Shown: piece after piece, positions 37,324 to 47,324 of the stretch
Numbering within the stretch: position 1 is the stretch's first letter
Layout of the letters: every line of letters starts with the position of its first letter
Origin: a virus
DNA length: 64,000 nt
IMG/VR virus record: IMGVR_UViG_3300045988_167063
Direction: 5' to 3' (one strand)
The notes under the pieces: generated by a model
Told to the model about the DNA's origin: nothing
Seen by the model: only the letters and a program-made list of their open reading frames with translations
The model's database searches: none
Position numbers and translations under genes: made by a program

Positions 37324-37342
37324 TCTATAAGCCACCTTTCAC

Positions 37343-37375
37343 TATGTACTATTGCGTGAGTATAAAACCCACGCA
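37343..37375 (-). promoter_or_regulatory. hairpin plus GTACATA unit
   Basis: Minus strand: TTGCGTG-ggttttatact-CACGCAA, 2 nt, GTACATAGTGAAAGGTGG, then ATG 37323. Confidence 0.4.
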
Positions 37376-37399
37376 ATTTATATTTAAACTAATTTATAG

Positions 37400-38356
37400 T
37401 TATGCACTAACATTTACTACACAAGCAGTAGTAAGAGTAGTCTTACCCTTTGCTACAATCTCAATAGTAGTAACTCCGTCAGTAGTCTTTGCTGTAACAG
37501 CACCATTATTGTCTACTGTTGCAGATGTACCTGAAGCAGTAAATGTAAGCTTAGTATTGTCAATCAACGAAGGCTGTGTGCCATCTGAATACATTTTATA
37601 AACTTTAATTGTCTGTGTTTCATTATGACCGAGTTCAATATTGCCACCTGCAACTACAAGAGCAGAAACATTAGCAAGCTCATCCTGTCCGTAAATGCAT
37701 TCTGTAATAACTGCATAATAGCCGTGGTCTGAACAGCCTACATTACCTGTAAATGTAGCAAGTGCTGTACCTGAAAGTGAAACAGAAGCAATGCCACTTG
37801 AGGTAAGCGACAAATCTTGTGAGCCTTCAAGTTGGAAATTAGGAATATCAACTACAATATCACCTATTCTTGAGGCATTACTTTCAATTGTTTCGCCTGT
37901 TGCACCACTCTTGAAAAGCGGAATTGTCATTACAGCGTGACAAACAGAAGGAACATAATCTGCATTTACAGTAAATCTACGAGCAGTAGCATCCGAGATT
38001 ACATATTTAATACAAATCGTTGAACCTACAACAAGTCCATCAACTGTTGCTTTATTTTCGCCTTTTGTAAAATCAAATTTCTTATAAGCATCATCAGCTT
38101 CTGTTGACAATTTATACCAACCAATAGTGCCACTTGTAGCAGTAAAATCTTTAGGTGTTTGAGCCACTTCAAGAGTATCTTTCTCTTTTACAGTAAATTG
38201 TTCAACAGTAAGAATATCTGCACCTGCGGTAATACCACCACCACAGCTAAGTGCAATATAATTCAAATCCCAAATTTGGTCTGTAAGTGTAAGACCAAAT
38301 GAGGAGTCGTGATAATACCTGCCGAGGAGAATATTACATTCAAAATAGTTTTTCGG
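37400..38356 (-). CDS. major tail (tube) protein with C-terminal Ig-like (Big_2-type) domain, exon 2
   Basis: Position, size and C-terminal TFTASGTSATVDNNGAVTAKTTDGVTTIEIVAKG Ig-like repeat. The 5' boundary is approximate: alternative acceptor at 38371. Confidence 0.55.
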   Translation of the reverse strand, partial: PKNYFECNILLGRYYHDSSFGLTLTDQIWDLNYIALSCGGGITAGADILTVEQFTVKEKDTLEVAQTPKDFTATSGTIGWYKLSTEADDAYKKFDFTKGENKATVDGLVVGSTICIKYVISDATARRFTVNADYVPSVCHAVMTIPLFKSGATGETIESNASRIGDIVVDIPNFQLEGSQDLSLTSSGIASVSLSGTALATFTGNVGCSDHGYYAVITECIYGQDELANVSALVVAGGNIELGHNETQTIKVYKMYSDGTQPSLIDNTKLTFTASGTSATVDNNGAVTAKTTDGVTTIEIVAKGKTTLTTACVVNVSA

Positions 38357-38739
38357 CATTAAACTATTTTTCTTTTATTATAAAACGCTACTTTTATAAT
38401 GCTATTTCGTTCACACTAATAGCCACATTCTTTCGATATGTGATAAGACTATTTCTTCACCTTTAAATTAAAGGGCAACCCATTTCTTCCTCCAAACACT
38501 TGAGGCTTTACTCTCTCCCGAGATAGTCGTTTAACCTTTTCCTATTCAGAACTTGGCGACCAAACTTCCATTGTTGCTTCTACTTAGGATTTAACCATAT
38601 AGAAATTTCTGTTGTTGTTTCTGCTTTCGCAACATTCATAAAATCATATTTCATATTTTATTGTAGTAACAGAACTTTAGGATTTACTGGTTTTAAGGTT
38701 GTGTCCTATGCTAATCACTTAACATACGGAGCATTAGTT
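38357..38739 (-). mobile_element. group I intron (ORF-less) in major tail protein gene
   Basis: Minus strand contains GGTTAAACGACTATCTCGG and GAAGAAATAGTC core elements. The 5' end GAGT|AACTAATGCTCC mirrors the terL intron GAGT|AAATAATAATGCTCC. Confidence 0.6.
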
Positions 38740-38880
38740 ACTCTGACCGCCCCTTGCTTCCTCATTACTAATAGCCATATTAATACCTGAGTCAGTCAAG
38801 GTTTTGGTAGATACAATAAGATTATTATTATTATCAAAAAGGTCAACATTAGCAACAGATGCCAAAAGTCCTTTAGCCAT
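38740..38880 (-). CDS. major tail protein, exon 1
   Basis: ATG 38880 after AAAGGAG. MAKGLLASVANVDLF...EEARGGQS, then a stop two codons later. Confidence 0.6.
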
Positions 38881-38905
38881 ATATTTTATCTCCTTTATAT
38901 ATAAT

Positions 38906-40030
38906 TTATATAAAATAAAAATGCAATCCATATACGGATTGTCTTTCTTTTCTACAAACTCTGCCGACACAATCTTTTAGTATATTCAATGTCTTTTCAG
39001 CTTGAGAAATGCTTTCAAATACTTTATCTTTTTCGACGCAATAAACCTTTTTTCTTTTTATGTTTTTTGAAGGAGTATATAATCCTCTCTTACTATCTTC
39101 AACATTATAGTTTACAAGGTTTAATTTATTTGCTTTTTTTAATAATTTACAAAACTCAAAAGAAGATATTTTTAACTTTTCTGCCATTTCTTTCATTGAC
39201 AATATACCAAGATTGTTATTAAACATATCAACAGCATAAGAAAGTAAATTGTGGTTAATCAATTCATTTTCTAATTTATCCCAATCAAATTTGTTTAAAT
39301 CAAAATAATTAAATAAACTACTATTTAAAATATTATTTTTTATATATTCAAAATCACTCTTAAAACAATTTATTCTAATTATTTTATAGCCGTTTTGAGT
39401 TGCCATTAAATTTTTTTGTCTATCTATTTCTTCTTGATTTATGTTTTTATTAAAACCTATAATTCCCGTTTTATGAAATATTCCATCCATTTCAATTATA
39501 ATTTTATTATTCTCAATTACAAAATCATAAATCCTTCTATTCGACCACTCAAACATTTTTTCTCGCTCAAAAGGAATGTTTAATTGTTTAAGTAAACAAT
39601 ACATAAATCTATTCGGATAACTATATCCTTTCCCACACTTAGGGCAAGCAAATCCTTTATTAACCAAATCTGATAATTTTTGTTTCCTTTCATTGTGACA
39701 AATAGGACAGACCATATCCACCTCTTGTGAACTTCCAAAGGTATAATTATAAGCTTCTTTTTTATTTTTAAAATAAACTAAATATTGTGGATAAATAGTA
39801 GCAAAATCATTTTTTCCAATAACGAGTTTTCTTCCGCCACAAACACCACATCCACTAACACCTCTCATAATAGCATTTGCCTCATTACAAATGCCCTCTG
39901 TCCCACAAATTTTACACTTGTATTTTATAGGAGAGTGTGCATTTTTATATTTGCTAATTATTTTTAAATTAGGGTTATTTTTACTAACCCTTTTTTCAAA
40001 ATCTTTTTGAGATAACTGATTATATGTCAT
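38906..40030 (-). CDS. free-standing Vsr-like PD-(D/E)XK endonuclease with Zn-ribbons
   Basis: ATG 40030, so no overlap with the upstream gene. CKICG...CGVCG, CPIC...CPKCG, nuclease motif IYDFVIENNKIIIEMDGIFH. Lies between structural genes, just upstream of the intron-containing tail gene. Confidence 0.6.
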   Translation of the reverse strand: MTYNQLSQKDFEKRVSKNNPNLKIISKYKNAHSPIKYKCKICGTEGICNEANAIMRGVSGCGVCGGRKLVIGKNDFATIYPQYLVYFKNKKEAYNYTFGSSQEVDMVCPICHNERKQKLSDLVNKGFACPKCGKGYSYPNRFMYCLLKQLNIPFEREKMFEWSNRRIYDFVIENNKIIIEMDGIFHKTGIIGFNKNINQEEIDRQKNLMATQNGYKIIRINCFKSDFEYIKNNILNSSLFNYFDLNKFDWDKLENELINHNLLSYAVDMFNNNLGILSMKEMAEKLKISSFEFCKLLKKANKLNLVNYNVEDSKRGLYTPSKNIKRKKVYCVEKDKVFESISQAEKTLNILKDCVGRVCRKERQSVYGLHFYFI

Positions 40031-40037
40031 TATAAAA

Positions 40038-40829
40038 TTAACCGTTAATTTGTTGTATTTTCTGTTCAAAAGACTCTGCGTCTGTGAACATTTCTTTATA
40101 TTTATCAACCCTCTTTTTGAACATAGGATGTTTAACATCGTCTTTAACTTCATATTTAAAAGAGGCTTGTATTATCTTTTGTGCAAGATAAATTTCACTA
40201 TTTATACAATGATTAAATATTTGTTCAAAAGTTCTATAAACCATATTATTTATCTGTTCCATTGTATATCCATTTTTACTCATTACATAAGTTTTCTGTT
40301 CTTCTAATGTTGGATTGTGAACTCCTTTATTAACCATTTTACAATATTTTTCATATTCGGCTTTTACATCAGGATTGACATATCTATCATCATAATCTTT
40401 GTCATTTTGAAATAATATTATCTTTTTTATATCATCAAATTCTTTTGCCGATATAATACTTTCTATAATATCATTTTCACCAAGAACTACAATACAATCT
40501 TTGCCATTATCTTTTGATAAAGCAATATTTTTATGAATACATAATTGAAACAACATTGCAAATAAACTTTGAGTATTTATATCTACTAAAACTCGATTGA
40601 TTAAAAATTCTAAATAATTCATTTGAATAACATCAATATCATTTATTGTATTTTTATCAATTTCTAAAAGTTCTTTACAATTTGCATAAATAGGAAAATC
40701 TTTTACTTTAATGGGGTATATAAATATTTCTGCTCCTTTTTTTAGTTCATAAGGAACAGCATACTCGTTAATAAAATAATTTAATTGCAAGTTATCAATA
40801 TCAACCAATACAACCACCACTTTGAGCAT
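40038..40829 (-). CDS. hypothetical structural-module protein
   Basis: Position between head-tail genes and the tail tube gene. Confidence 0.45.
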   Translation of the reverse strand: MLKVVVVLVDIDNLQLNYFINEYAVPYELKKGAEIFIYPIKVKDFPIYANCKELLEIDKNTINDIDVIQMNYLEFLINRVLVDINTQSLFAMLFQLCIHKNIALSKDNGKDCIVVLGENDIIESIISAKEFDDIKKIILFQNDKDYDDRYVNPDVKAEYEKYCKMVNKGVHNPTLEEQKTYVMSKNGYTMEQINNMVYRTFEQIFNHCINSEIYLAQKIIQASFKYEVKDDVKHPMFKKRVDKYKEMFTDAESFEQKIQQING

Positions 40830-41415
40830 TTACATATCTCATTGCCATAGTGAGAGAACGACCGAATATGGTTTTACTATTTGTAAGTCCAATAGTTGAG
40901 CCTGTAACACGATATAATTCTCTGTCAAAAGATAAATAACTACTTCCTATATTTATATCCCTACCATTAAAAACTGCCAAAAACAAACTTTCCATTAAAT
41001 CTGTTCGTTCACATAAAACACCCTCATAATAAACAAGGCAAGTTTTTTCATTTGTTAAGAAATCAAAATCATAACAAATAATTGCACTATTTCTTGCTTC
41101 GGGTACTGTTTGTGAACGATATAATCTAAATTGTGTTTGACTTTGGCTATCTGAAAGAATTGAGCCAACAATAGGCTTTAAGAAAACACGATAATTCTGT
41201 TCATCCGTTTCGCCTGTCCAAATATAATTCCTTTTTTGTTCAAAAGTTAAATTATCTTTATCTAAAGCATCTTTAGTGTCATAAATTAAACACTTCCAAA
41301 AATCTTCTGCCATTTGGCTTTTTTCTTTCATTAAAAATTCTAATATCTTATAAGTTACTAAAGGCTGTTGAGAAAAATCATTATAAGACATTGTATTATT
41401 ACCATTATAATTCAT
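40801..41415 (-). CDS. hypothetical head-tail joining protein
   Basis: Position only. Confidence 0.4.
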   Translation of the reverse strand: MNYNGNNTMSYNDFSQQPLVTYKILEFLMKEKSQMAEDFWKCLIYDTKDALDKDNLTFEQKRNYIWTGETDEQNYRVFLKPIVGSILSDSQSQTQFRLYRSQTVPEARNSAIICYDFDFLTNEKTCLVYYEGVLCERTDLMESLFLAVFNGRDINIGSSYLSFDRELYRVTGSTIGLTNSKTIFGRSLTMAMRYVNAQSGGCIG

Positions 41416-41424
41416 AAACTCTCC

Positions 41425-42684
41425 TTATAGTAAACTCTTTAATTTAATTTTAAGTTCAACATCATCGCAACCATCTGCTTTGAATGTCAATGTTAGTAAG
41501 TTCTTATCCATTTTTAAATTAGTTACTTTAAATCCGTCAATAGTTTCCTCTAATTGATAATGCCTACTATCTGCTCCACTCGGAATACACTGAATAGCAA
41601 TATTTTGTTTTTCGCCCTCAATATAAACACCACAAGTTATTTCTAAACTTTCCATTTCATTTAATTCGGTTACATCACTTGGACTAATAATTATCTTCTT
41701 TTCGGGCAAATAATCATCTACTATGTTAATTGTAATAGTATCGTAAATATTTTCATTATCTGTTAAATATGCCTTTATTTCGGCTTTAGAGCCTTTATTG
41801 CCTATAAGACGATAAATTCCATTACTATCAATAGAAACAGTCTTATTATCGCTTGTAGACCACGATATAGGCATATCTGTAGCTAATTCATTATCTTTCA
41901 TTACATTAGCAGTTAATTGACCTTGAAAACCTTGAATTTGCGAAATATTATCGCTATCAATTTTTACTCTATAATCAACTGCATAATAGTCGCAAACATT
42001 AAGCTCTTTATTGTCAATCGGCAATAATGGACTATAAACAAGATAAATCTTTATCATTGTCACATCTCCATTAGTGCCTTCTTCTTGATTGTAATTATCA
42101 ATCTGTTCGACTTTATAACATTGACTATGTTGAAACATAAATCTTTGATTTAAGTCTATTGTTTTTGTTTTGTCATTTCCTTGAACATAAAGTATCAATC
42201 TCCTGTTCTCAACCGTTGCTGTTTTTGCAACTTGCTGATTTGTACTCGATACTTCATATCCAAAAAAGACCTTTTCAGTCAAAATATTTCCATTACTCTT
42301 ATCTAACCAAGAAATTTCATTATTACAACGAATAAGCTTTGCATTTGCAACTTTTGATAGTTTATTTATTTTATCATAACACAAATAGGTTTCGCCTTCC
42401 CATTTGTATTTTTGCCCCCTATAATTTCTATGAGAACAATCTTTAAATAAAACGGCAATATAATCGCCCATTACTTTAGTTAAGTTAGTAGAAACCTCAC
42501 TAACGCTATCAATATGCACATCAAAACTTTTATATTGTTCATTAAATGGATATTTTTCTTCTTTAATAATTGTATTCAGCGTAGTATCTTCAAAAGTATC
42601 GTTTATCCATTCTTGAGTAATTTCTTTATAATAATCTTTGTTAGATTGAGCCATATTATCTATAAAATTACTATACCAACTCAC
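41425..42684 (-). CDS. structural protein with Ig-like (Big_2-type) domains
   Basis: ISWSTSDNKTVSIDSNGIYRLIGNKGSKAEIKAYL pattern of bacterial Ig-like domains. Confidence 0.5.
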   Translation of the reverse strand: MSWYSNFIDNMAQSNKDYYKEITQEWINDTFEDTTLNTIIKEEKYPFNEQYKSFDVHIDSVSEVSTNLTKVMGDYIAVLFKDCSHRNYRGQKYKWEGETYLCYDKINKLSKVANAKLIRCNNEISWLDKSNGNILTEKVFFGYEVSSTNQQVAKTATVENRRLILYVQGNDKTKTIDLNQRFMFQHSQCYKVEQIDNYNQEEGTNGDVTMIKIYLVYSPLLPIDNKELNVCDYYAVDYRVKIDSDNISQIQGFQGQLTANVMKDNELATDMPISWSTSDNKTVSIDSNGIYRLIGNKGSKAEIKAYLTDNENIYDTITINIVDDYLPEKKIIISPSDVTELNEMESLEITCGVYIEGEKQNIAIQCIPSGADSRHYQLEETIDGFKVTNLKMDKNLLTLTFKADGCDDVELKIKLKSLL

Positions 42685-43178
42685 GATAAATCACTCCAAT
42701 ACGGCAATTCATCTAAATGCTTTAAATGATAATTAGCAATATCCTCTTGATATTCACTAACAAGATTGTTATACCAATTATCATTTTGTTTCATTATTGG
42801 GGCAATAGAGTCTTTTTTAAACTCTCTCTGCGAAATATAAGGCACTCTTGCCTTAATATCTTGTGTCAATCTTTTGAAATATTTTGAAACTGCAATTTCC
42901 GAAACAATTTTCTTTTCATCATCATCTAAATCATAATCAAAATAATATGCTGTTTTGTTTTCTTCTGTATCTTCAATAAAAACTTTTTCTATGTGATAAG
43001 TCAATGGCTTAATACAGTCAAAATCACTTAATCCACTTTTAAGAAAACCACAAAGATAATCAAAAACAACATCTTTATTTATTTCATATAATTTATCTAT
43101 TTTATAATCATTGATTATTGGAAGCATCCAATCCTCGTATATTTCAATAAAACTCGTTCCCAATTTGGCTACCTCCAT
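42681..43178 (-). CDS. hypothetical head-tail connector protein
   Basis: Position downstream of the capsid genes. Confidence 0.4.
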   Translation of the reverse strand: MEVAKLGTSFIEIYEDWMLPIINDYKIDKLYEINKDVVFDYLCGFLKSGLSDFDCIKPLTYHIEKVFIEDTEENKTAYYFDYDLDDDEKKIVSEIAVSKYFKRLTQDIKARVPYISQREFKKDSIAPIMKQNDNWYNNLVSEYQEDIANYHLKHLDELPYWSDLS

Positions 43179-43188
43179 TTTATTAAAT

Positions 43189-43842
43189 TTATTTTGCAGA
43201 AATAAGATTACTCATCTCATCAATGTCATAACCATTCTTTTCAAGTTCCTTAATCTTGTTAAAATCATAGTTATAACCCTCACTCATTTTACGAGCAATA
43301 AGAGCGACAAATCTTTCAGCAGTGTCTTTATCCATATTAAGAATAGTATCAACTGCATTATCATCAACAAGACTAATAAGTCTTTCTACTGTTTCTTTAT
43401 TCATAACTTCATTATAAATATATCCAATACCTAAATCCTCATAGTCTTTTTGAGAAGTAAGAATAGCGTAGCCTTTTTCAAACTGCGAATTGTAATTATT
43501 TACAATTTCAACCATATCTGAAAATCTAATATTCTTAACCTCGCCAAACTTATCAAACACATAAGTACGACCTTTTTCTTTAGGATTTGACTTTACTGAA
43601 AGAACATAAGTGTGTGGGAGCATAGAAACAACCTTAACAGTTCTTGTAATATCTGAATTAGATTGAACTACAACATTTGGCTGACTTTGTGCTTGTGCCA
43701 ACTGTGACTGTAACTGTTCAATCTGCTTTTGCATTTGCTTAATCAAATCAAGATTTTCGTCTTTATTCTTTTCATCATTAGCAGACTTCGTTGTAGAAGT
43801 TTTAGTTGAAGTTCTGCTTTTCTTTGCTGTTTGTTCAGCCAT
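43189..43842 (-). CDS. hypothetical protein with basic/low-complexity N-terminus
   Basis: ORF with GGAG RBS. KKSRTSTKTSTTKS then a Q-rich coiled coil. Confidence 0.5.
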   Translation of the reverse strand: MAEQTAKKSRTSTKTSTTKSANDEKNKDENLDLIKQMQKQIEQLQSQLAQAQSQPNVVVQSNSDITRTVKVVSMLPHTYVLSVKSNPKEKGRTYVFDKFGEVKNIRFSDMVEIVNNYNSQFEKGYAILTSQKDYEDLGIGYIYNEVMNKETVERLISLVDDNAVDTILNMDKDTAERFVALIARKMSEGYNYDFNKIKELEKNGYDIDEMSNLISAK

Positions 43843-43870
43843 ATATAAAACTCCTATATTTTATAAATAA

Positions 43871-43903
43871 TATGTACGAGGTGGGTATATTTCAACCCAC
43901 CCC
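43871..43903 (-). promoter_or_regulatory. hairpin plus GTACATA unit
   Basis: Minus strand: GGGGTGGG-ttgaaatata-CCCACCTC immediately followed by GTACATATTATTTATAAAATATAGGAG, then ATG 43842. Confidence 0.4.
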
Positions 43904-43935
43904 AAATATAATCAACTCTAATCTAAAAGAGTAAA

Positions 43936-45033
43936 TTAACCAGCAAGTTTAACCTTTACAATCTTCTTATTTGTAGCAAGAGAAACACCAAGTTCCTTAC
44001 GAAGTGTTGAAAGAATTGCAAGGTTATTGTTGTCATAATCTTCATCTGTATTAGTAGATGTATAACCAATAGCAACCTGAATAAGCTTTGAGCCATTAAC
44101 AGGGAGTGCATAAATTCTATCTGTTGGAAGTCCAACTACACCGTCATTTCCGTCTGAAACAACATTAAATCCAAGAACAGTATAACCATTGAATACTGAC
44201 ATATAACCAACAGTATTGTATTCATCACCAAGAAGAATACGAGTTCTTGCTTCAGCAGGAAGAACTGACTTAAGGGCAACAGCGTCACCAACGATTACCA
44301 TTTTAGCACCATTACGAGCAGAAGCAAGACGGAGCTTCTTGAGGAACTCTGTTTCATCAAAGTTTTCAAGAACAAGATTTTCATCAGTCATAGCCTCTGA
44401 AACAGTTGTAAATTCACCAATAACAAGCTGATAAATCTTTGCAACCATTGAAATAGCCTTGAGCATTACATCCTCAGCAAACATAGAGTCACCTACAAGG
44501 ATTTCAGGAAGATTAGTAATGGTAGTGATACCATACATATCTGTTGCAATAGTCTTAGTAGAAGCTTTCTTTGTCTGTGTTCTTGTGTGCTTTTGGCGTC
44601 TGCCCATTCTTGATACTTCATAAATGCTATTATCTACAAGTTCAAATTCAAATACATCGCCATAGCCACCATACTGAATATTAGAAAGTGCCGAAAGACC
44701 CATAGCATCTGTTACGATAGGTGTAACAGTATCAAGCATTACTTTTTGAATATTTGCAGCCATTTGAGCAACTACACCATAAGTAGCGTATTCCTGAATA
44801 TCATTATTGAAATCTTCAAGAGAATACTTACTTCTACGAGCAAGTTCGCTCTTAAATGTTTCGTTAATCTTATTTGCCTTTTCCTCAAGACTATATTTAG
44901 TTGTTTCGTATGAAAGACCCTTTACATCATACTTGCTTGACATATAATGTCTTGCATAATCTTCCATACTTGAAACCAACTTATTTGAGTCTGCTGTTGT
45001 AGCAAACTTAACTACTGTATCAAATCTCTTCAT
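43936..45033 (-). CDS. major capsid protein
   Basis: 365 aa, strong RBS, downstream of the protease/scaffold gene. Assigned by position and size. Confidence 0.55.
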   Translation of the reverse strand: MKRFDTVVKFATTADSNKLVSSMEDYARHYMSSKYDVKGLSYETTKYSLEEKANKINETFKSELARRSKYSLEDFNNDIQEYATYGVVAQMAANIQKVMLDTVTPIVTDAMGLSALSNIQYGGYGDVFEFELVDNSIYEVSRMGRRQKHTRTQTKKASTKTIATDMYGITTITNLPEILVGDSMFAEDVMLKAISMVAKIYQLVIGEFTTVSEAMTDENLVLENFDETEFLKKLRLASARNGAKMVIVGDAVALKSVLPAEARTRILLGDEYNTVGYMSVFNGYTVLGFNVVSDGNDGVVGLPTDRIYALPVNGSKLIQVAIGYTSTNTDEDYDNNNLAILSTLRKELGVSLATNKKIVKVKLAG

Positions 45034-45058
45034 TAATATTTTCTCCTTTTCCTACAAA

Positions 45059-45589
45059 TTAACCATTGAAAACAGTTTTAAGAATATAAACCTTTTCTGT
45101 ATCATCATCAAAATTGAATGTAGGATATTTTGCACTATCTACAATATCAACAACCTTAAATGAAGCTACATCGGCTGTTTGAATAGCCTTTGTTACCCAA
45201 CCGTCTGCTGATGGCTCTAAAAATTGACCCTTTGTTGGAGCAGCACCCTTAATTCCGTGTGCAAGAACACCAAATTCAATATTTACTTTAGGAATGAAAA
45301 AGTCAAGTGGATGCTTTGCAGGATTTGTATAGTTTCTATCATCCTTGCTTCTTGCAGGATAAAGATTGTCACCAATAATATCATACTTTACAGACGGATT
45401 AAAAGCAATAGCAACTTCTTTAGCACCAGCTTCAGCCTTTGTTACCGTGTAAAGTTCCTTGTCTTTAGTATCATAATCACCAACAGCAAGTGCAGTACCG
45501 CCGTCAATATCTACTGTTGCAATACCACCTCTGTTAATGCAACTTGGAATAAAATTATCTGTTTCAAACAAAACATTATGTTTAGCCAT
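45059..45589 (-). CDS. capsid-associated protein (decoration or scaffold-like)
   Basis: Lies between the protease/scaffold and capsid genes. Confidence 0.35.
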   Translation of the reverse strand: MAKHNVLFETDNFIPSCINRGGIATVDIDGGTALAVGDYDTKDKELYTVTKAEAGAKEVAIAFNPSVKYDIIGDNLYPARSKDDRNYTNPAKHPLDFFIPKVNIEFGVLAHGIKGAAPTKGQFLEPSADGWVTKAIQTADVASFKVVDIVDSAKYPTFNFDDDTEKVYILKTVFNG

Positions 45590-45616
45590 ATATTTAATCT
45601 CCTTATAAAAAGTTAA

Positions 45617-47131
45617 TTAGTCGTAAATGCTTGTCGGTTGGTCTTTCTTTTCTGTTTGAACCATACCCATATCAAGCATATCTTTTTCTGTACTCTTTGA
45701 CATCACACTTACATAAGCCTGTGCAAGAGCGTTGTTTTTCCACGCACCTATGTTCTCATAAGCACATTCTTTTGAAGCCTTTTCGATTTCTGCATATTTA
45801 TTTTCGTCAACACTACCCTTAATTTGTGAAAGAGTAGACTGAACGATACTATCTTTCTTTGCAGTTTCTACATCGGCTTTATATTTTTCAAGTGTTTTTA
45901 CTTTTGCCTTATATGTTTCAAGTTCGGCTTTAGTAGTTTCAAGTTCTGACTTGAGTTCAGCCATTTTTGTTTCGGTGTCATCCTCTTTTTCAGGTTCTCC
46001 CTCTTTTTTGGCTGTATCGTCATCGGTAACTTCGGCTTTTGTATCAGGTTCTTTTTGAGTATCAGTTGTTTCGGTTTCTTTTTCGTCTACCTTTACATCT
46101 TCCTCTTTTGGAGTAACCTTTTCTTTCTCTTTAGCCATAGTTTCCTCCTTTAATTGATTTTCTATATTTTCAAGTTTTTCTAAAATATCATTCATTTTTT
46201 CTTCTTGGTCTAAACCAAGTTTCTTATAAATTTTTTGAATTTTAGATACTACTGCTGACTCATTTTCTTTTTGAGCATATCCAAGAGCAGAAGCAAGTCC
46301 TTTTCGATTATAAACCCATTCTCCCTCTTTAATGTTCATTATAGGATAACCAAGTTTTGTTACTTGTCTATCTTCCCAACCCTCTTCAAGTTTCATACAC
46401 ACACTTTTTGCAAGTGTTTTAAAGTTTTTCTCTTTAATAAGGTCTTGTTTAGCTTTATCGCCATTCCAATCTCCCTCATCAAGAGCCTCTTTTGACTTAT
46501 TAACAGGGTGAGATACAAAATTATCCTTTTCAGCCATTTTGTGTTCAGAATACTTTACATATTCCTTTTCAATTTCTTTTTCACTCATTTGAGTTAATTT
46601 TATATTTGCATTTGGAACACTTGGCTTATACTTCAAACCCAAAATTGTAATGCCTGTAATATTAAAGCCTTCAACAATTTTCGGCTTATCCCCACCGTCC
46701 ATATAATTCTTTGTTTCGGGTGTAAAACCAACAAGTTCCTCAATGCTTACATTTCTATAATTATGTTCACGAAATAATGAATAAACATCATTTGCATAAA
46801 GTTTTGACATAACTATATCTACTGAGGCAATTAAATCATTGTCATCATCATATCTATACTTTATATCTTGCTGTGGCACAAAACCAACGATTTTTTGATT
46901 TTCAGTATGTTCGGTAACATCGCCCTCAAAATTATCATATTCGGCAAGTACCCATTTACCTATAACAGTAGGAGCATATTTTTTAATTACTTCTTCACTA
47001 TAAAGGTGATTATGTGAATTTTTCTTTGTACTTAAAAAATCAACTGTACCATATGCAAATTCATAATCTTCATCATTTTCGTATTTTCGCCAATCTTCTA
47101 TTGACATTTTTACTTTATTTTCAAAAGTCAT
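45617..47131 (-). CDS. XkdF-like prohead protease fused to acidic coiled-coil scaffold region
   Basis: N-terminal FAYGTVDFLSTKKNSHNHLYSEEVIKKY...KWVLAEYD pattern of the XkdF family. C-terminal E/K/T-rich coiled coil. Confidence 0.55.
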   Translation of the reverse strand: MTFENKVKMSIEDWRKYENDEDYEFAYGTVDFLSTKKNSHNHLYSEEVIKKYAPTVIGKWVLAEYDNFEGDVTEHTENQKIVGFVPQQDIKYRYDDDNDLIASVDIVMSKLYANDVYSLFREHNYRNVSIEELVGFTPETKNYMDGGDKPKIVEGFNITGITILGLKYKPSVPNANIKLTQMSEKEIEKEYVKYSEHKMAEKDNFVSHPVNKSKEALDEGDWNGDKAKQDLIKEKNFKTLAKSVCMKLEEGWEDRQVTKLGYPIMNIKEGEWVYNRKGLASALGYAQKENESAVVSKIQKIYKKLGLDQEEKMNDILEKLENIENQLKEETMAKEKEKVTPKEEDVKVDEKETETTDTQKEPDTKAEVTDDDTAKKEGEPEKEDDTETKMAELKSELETTKAELETYKAKVKTLEKYKADVETAKKDSIVQSTLSQIKGSVDENKYAEIEKASKECAYENIGAWKNNALAQAYVSVMSKSTEKDMLDMGMVQTEKKDQPTSIYD

Positions 47132-47313
47132 TTTTGCGGAGTTTCCCCCTTTCCTAAAATTTTACATATCTTATCTGTTTTAAGATAATATATTTTATCT
47201 ACACCGATTTCACGATAAATCGGAATAAAACCTAATTTATGTAATTTTTTAGACTGTTCGGAGGTAACGCAAATATAATCATCAATATTGTTAGGTTTTC
47301 CTAAAATAATCAT
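47128..47313 (-). CDS. small hypothetical protein
   Basis: 61-aa ORF between the portal and protease genes. Confidence 0.45.
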   Translation of the reverse strand: MIILGKPNNIDDYICVTSEQSKKLHKLGFIPIYREIGVDKIYYLKTDKICKILGKGETPQK

Positions 47314-47324
47314 ATCATTATCTC

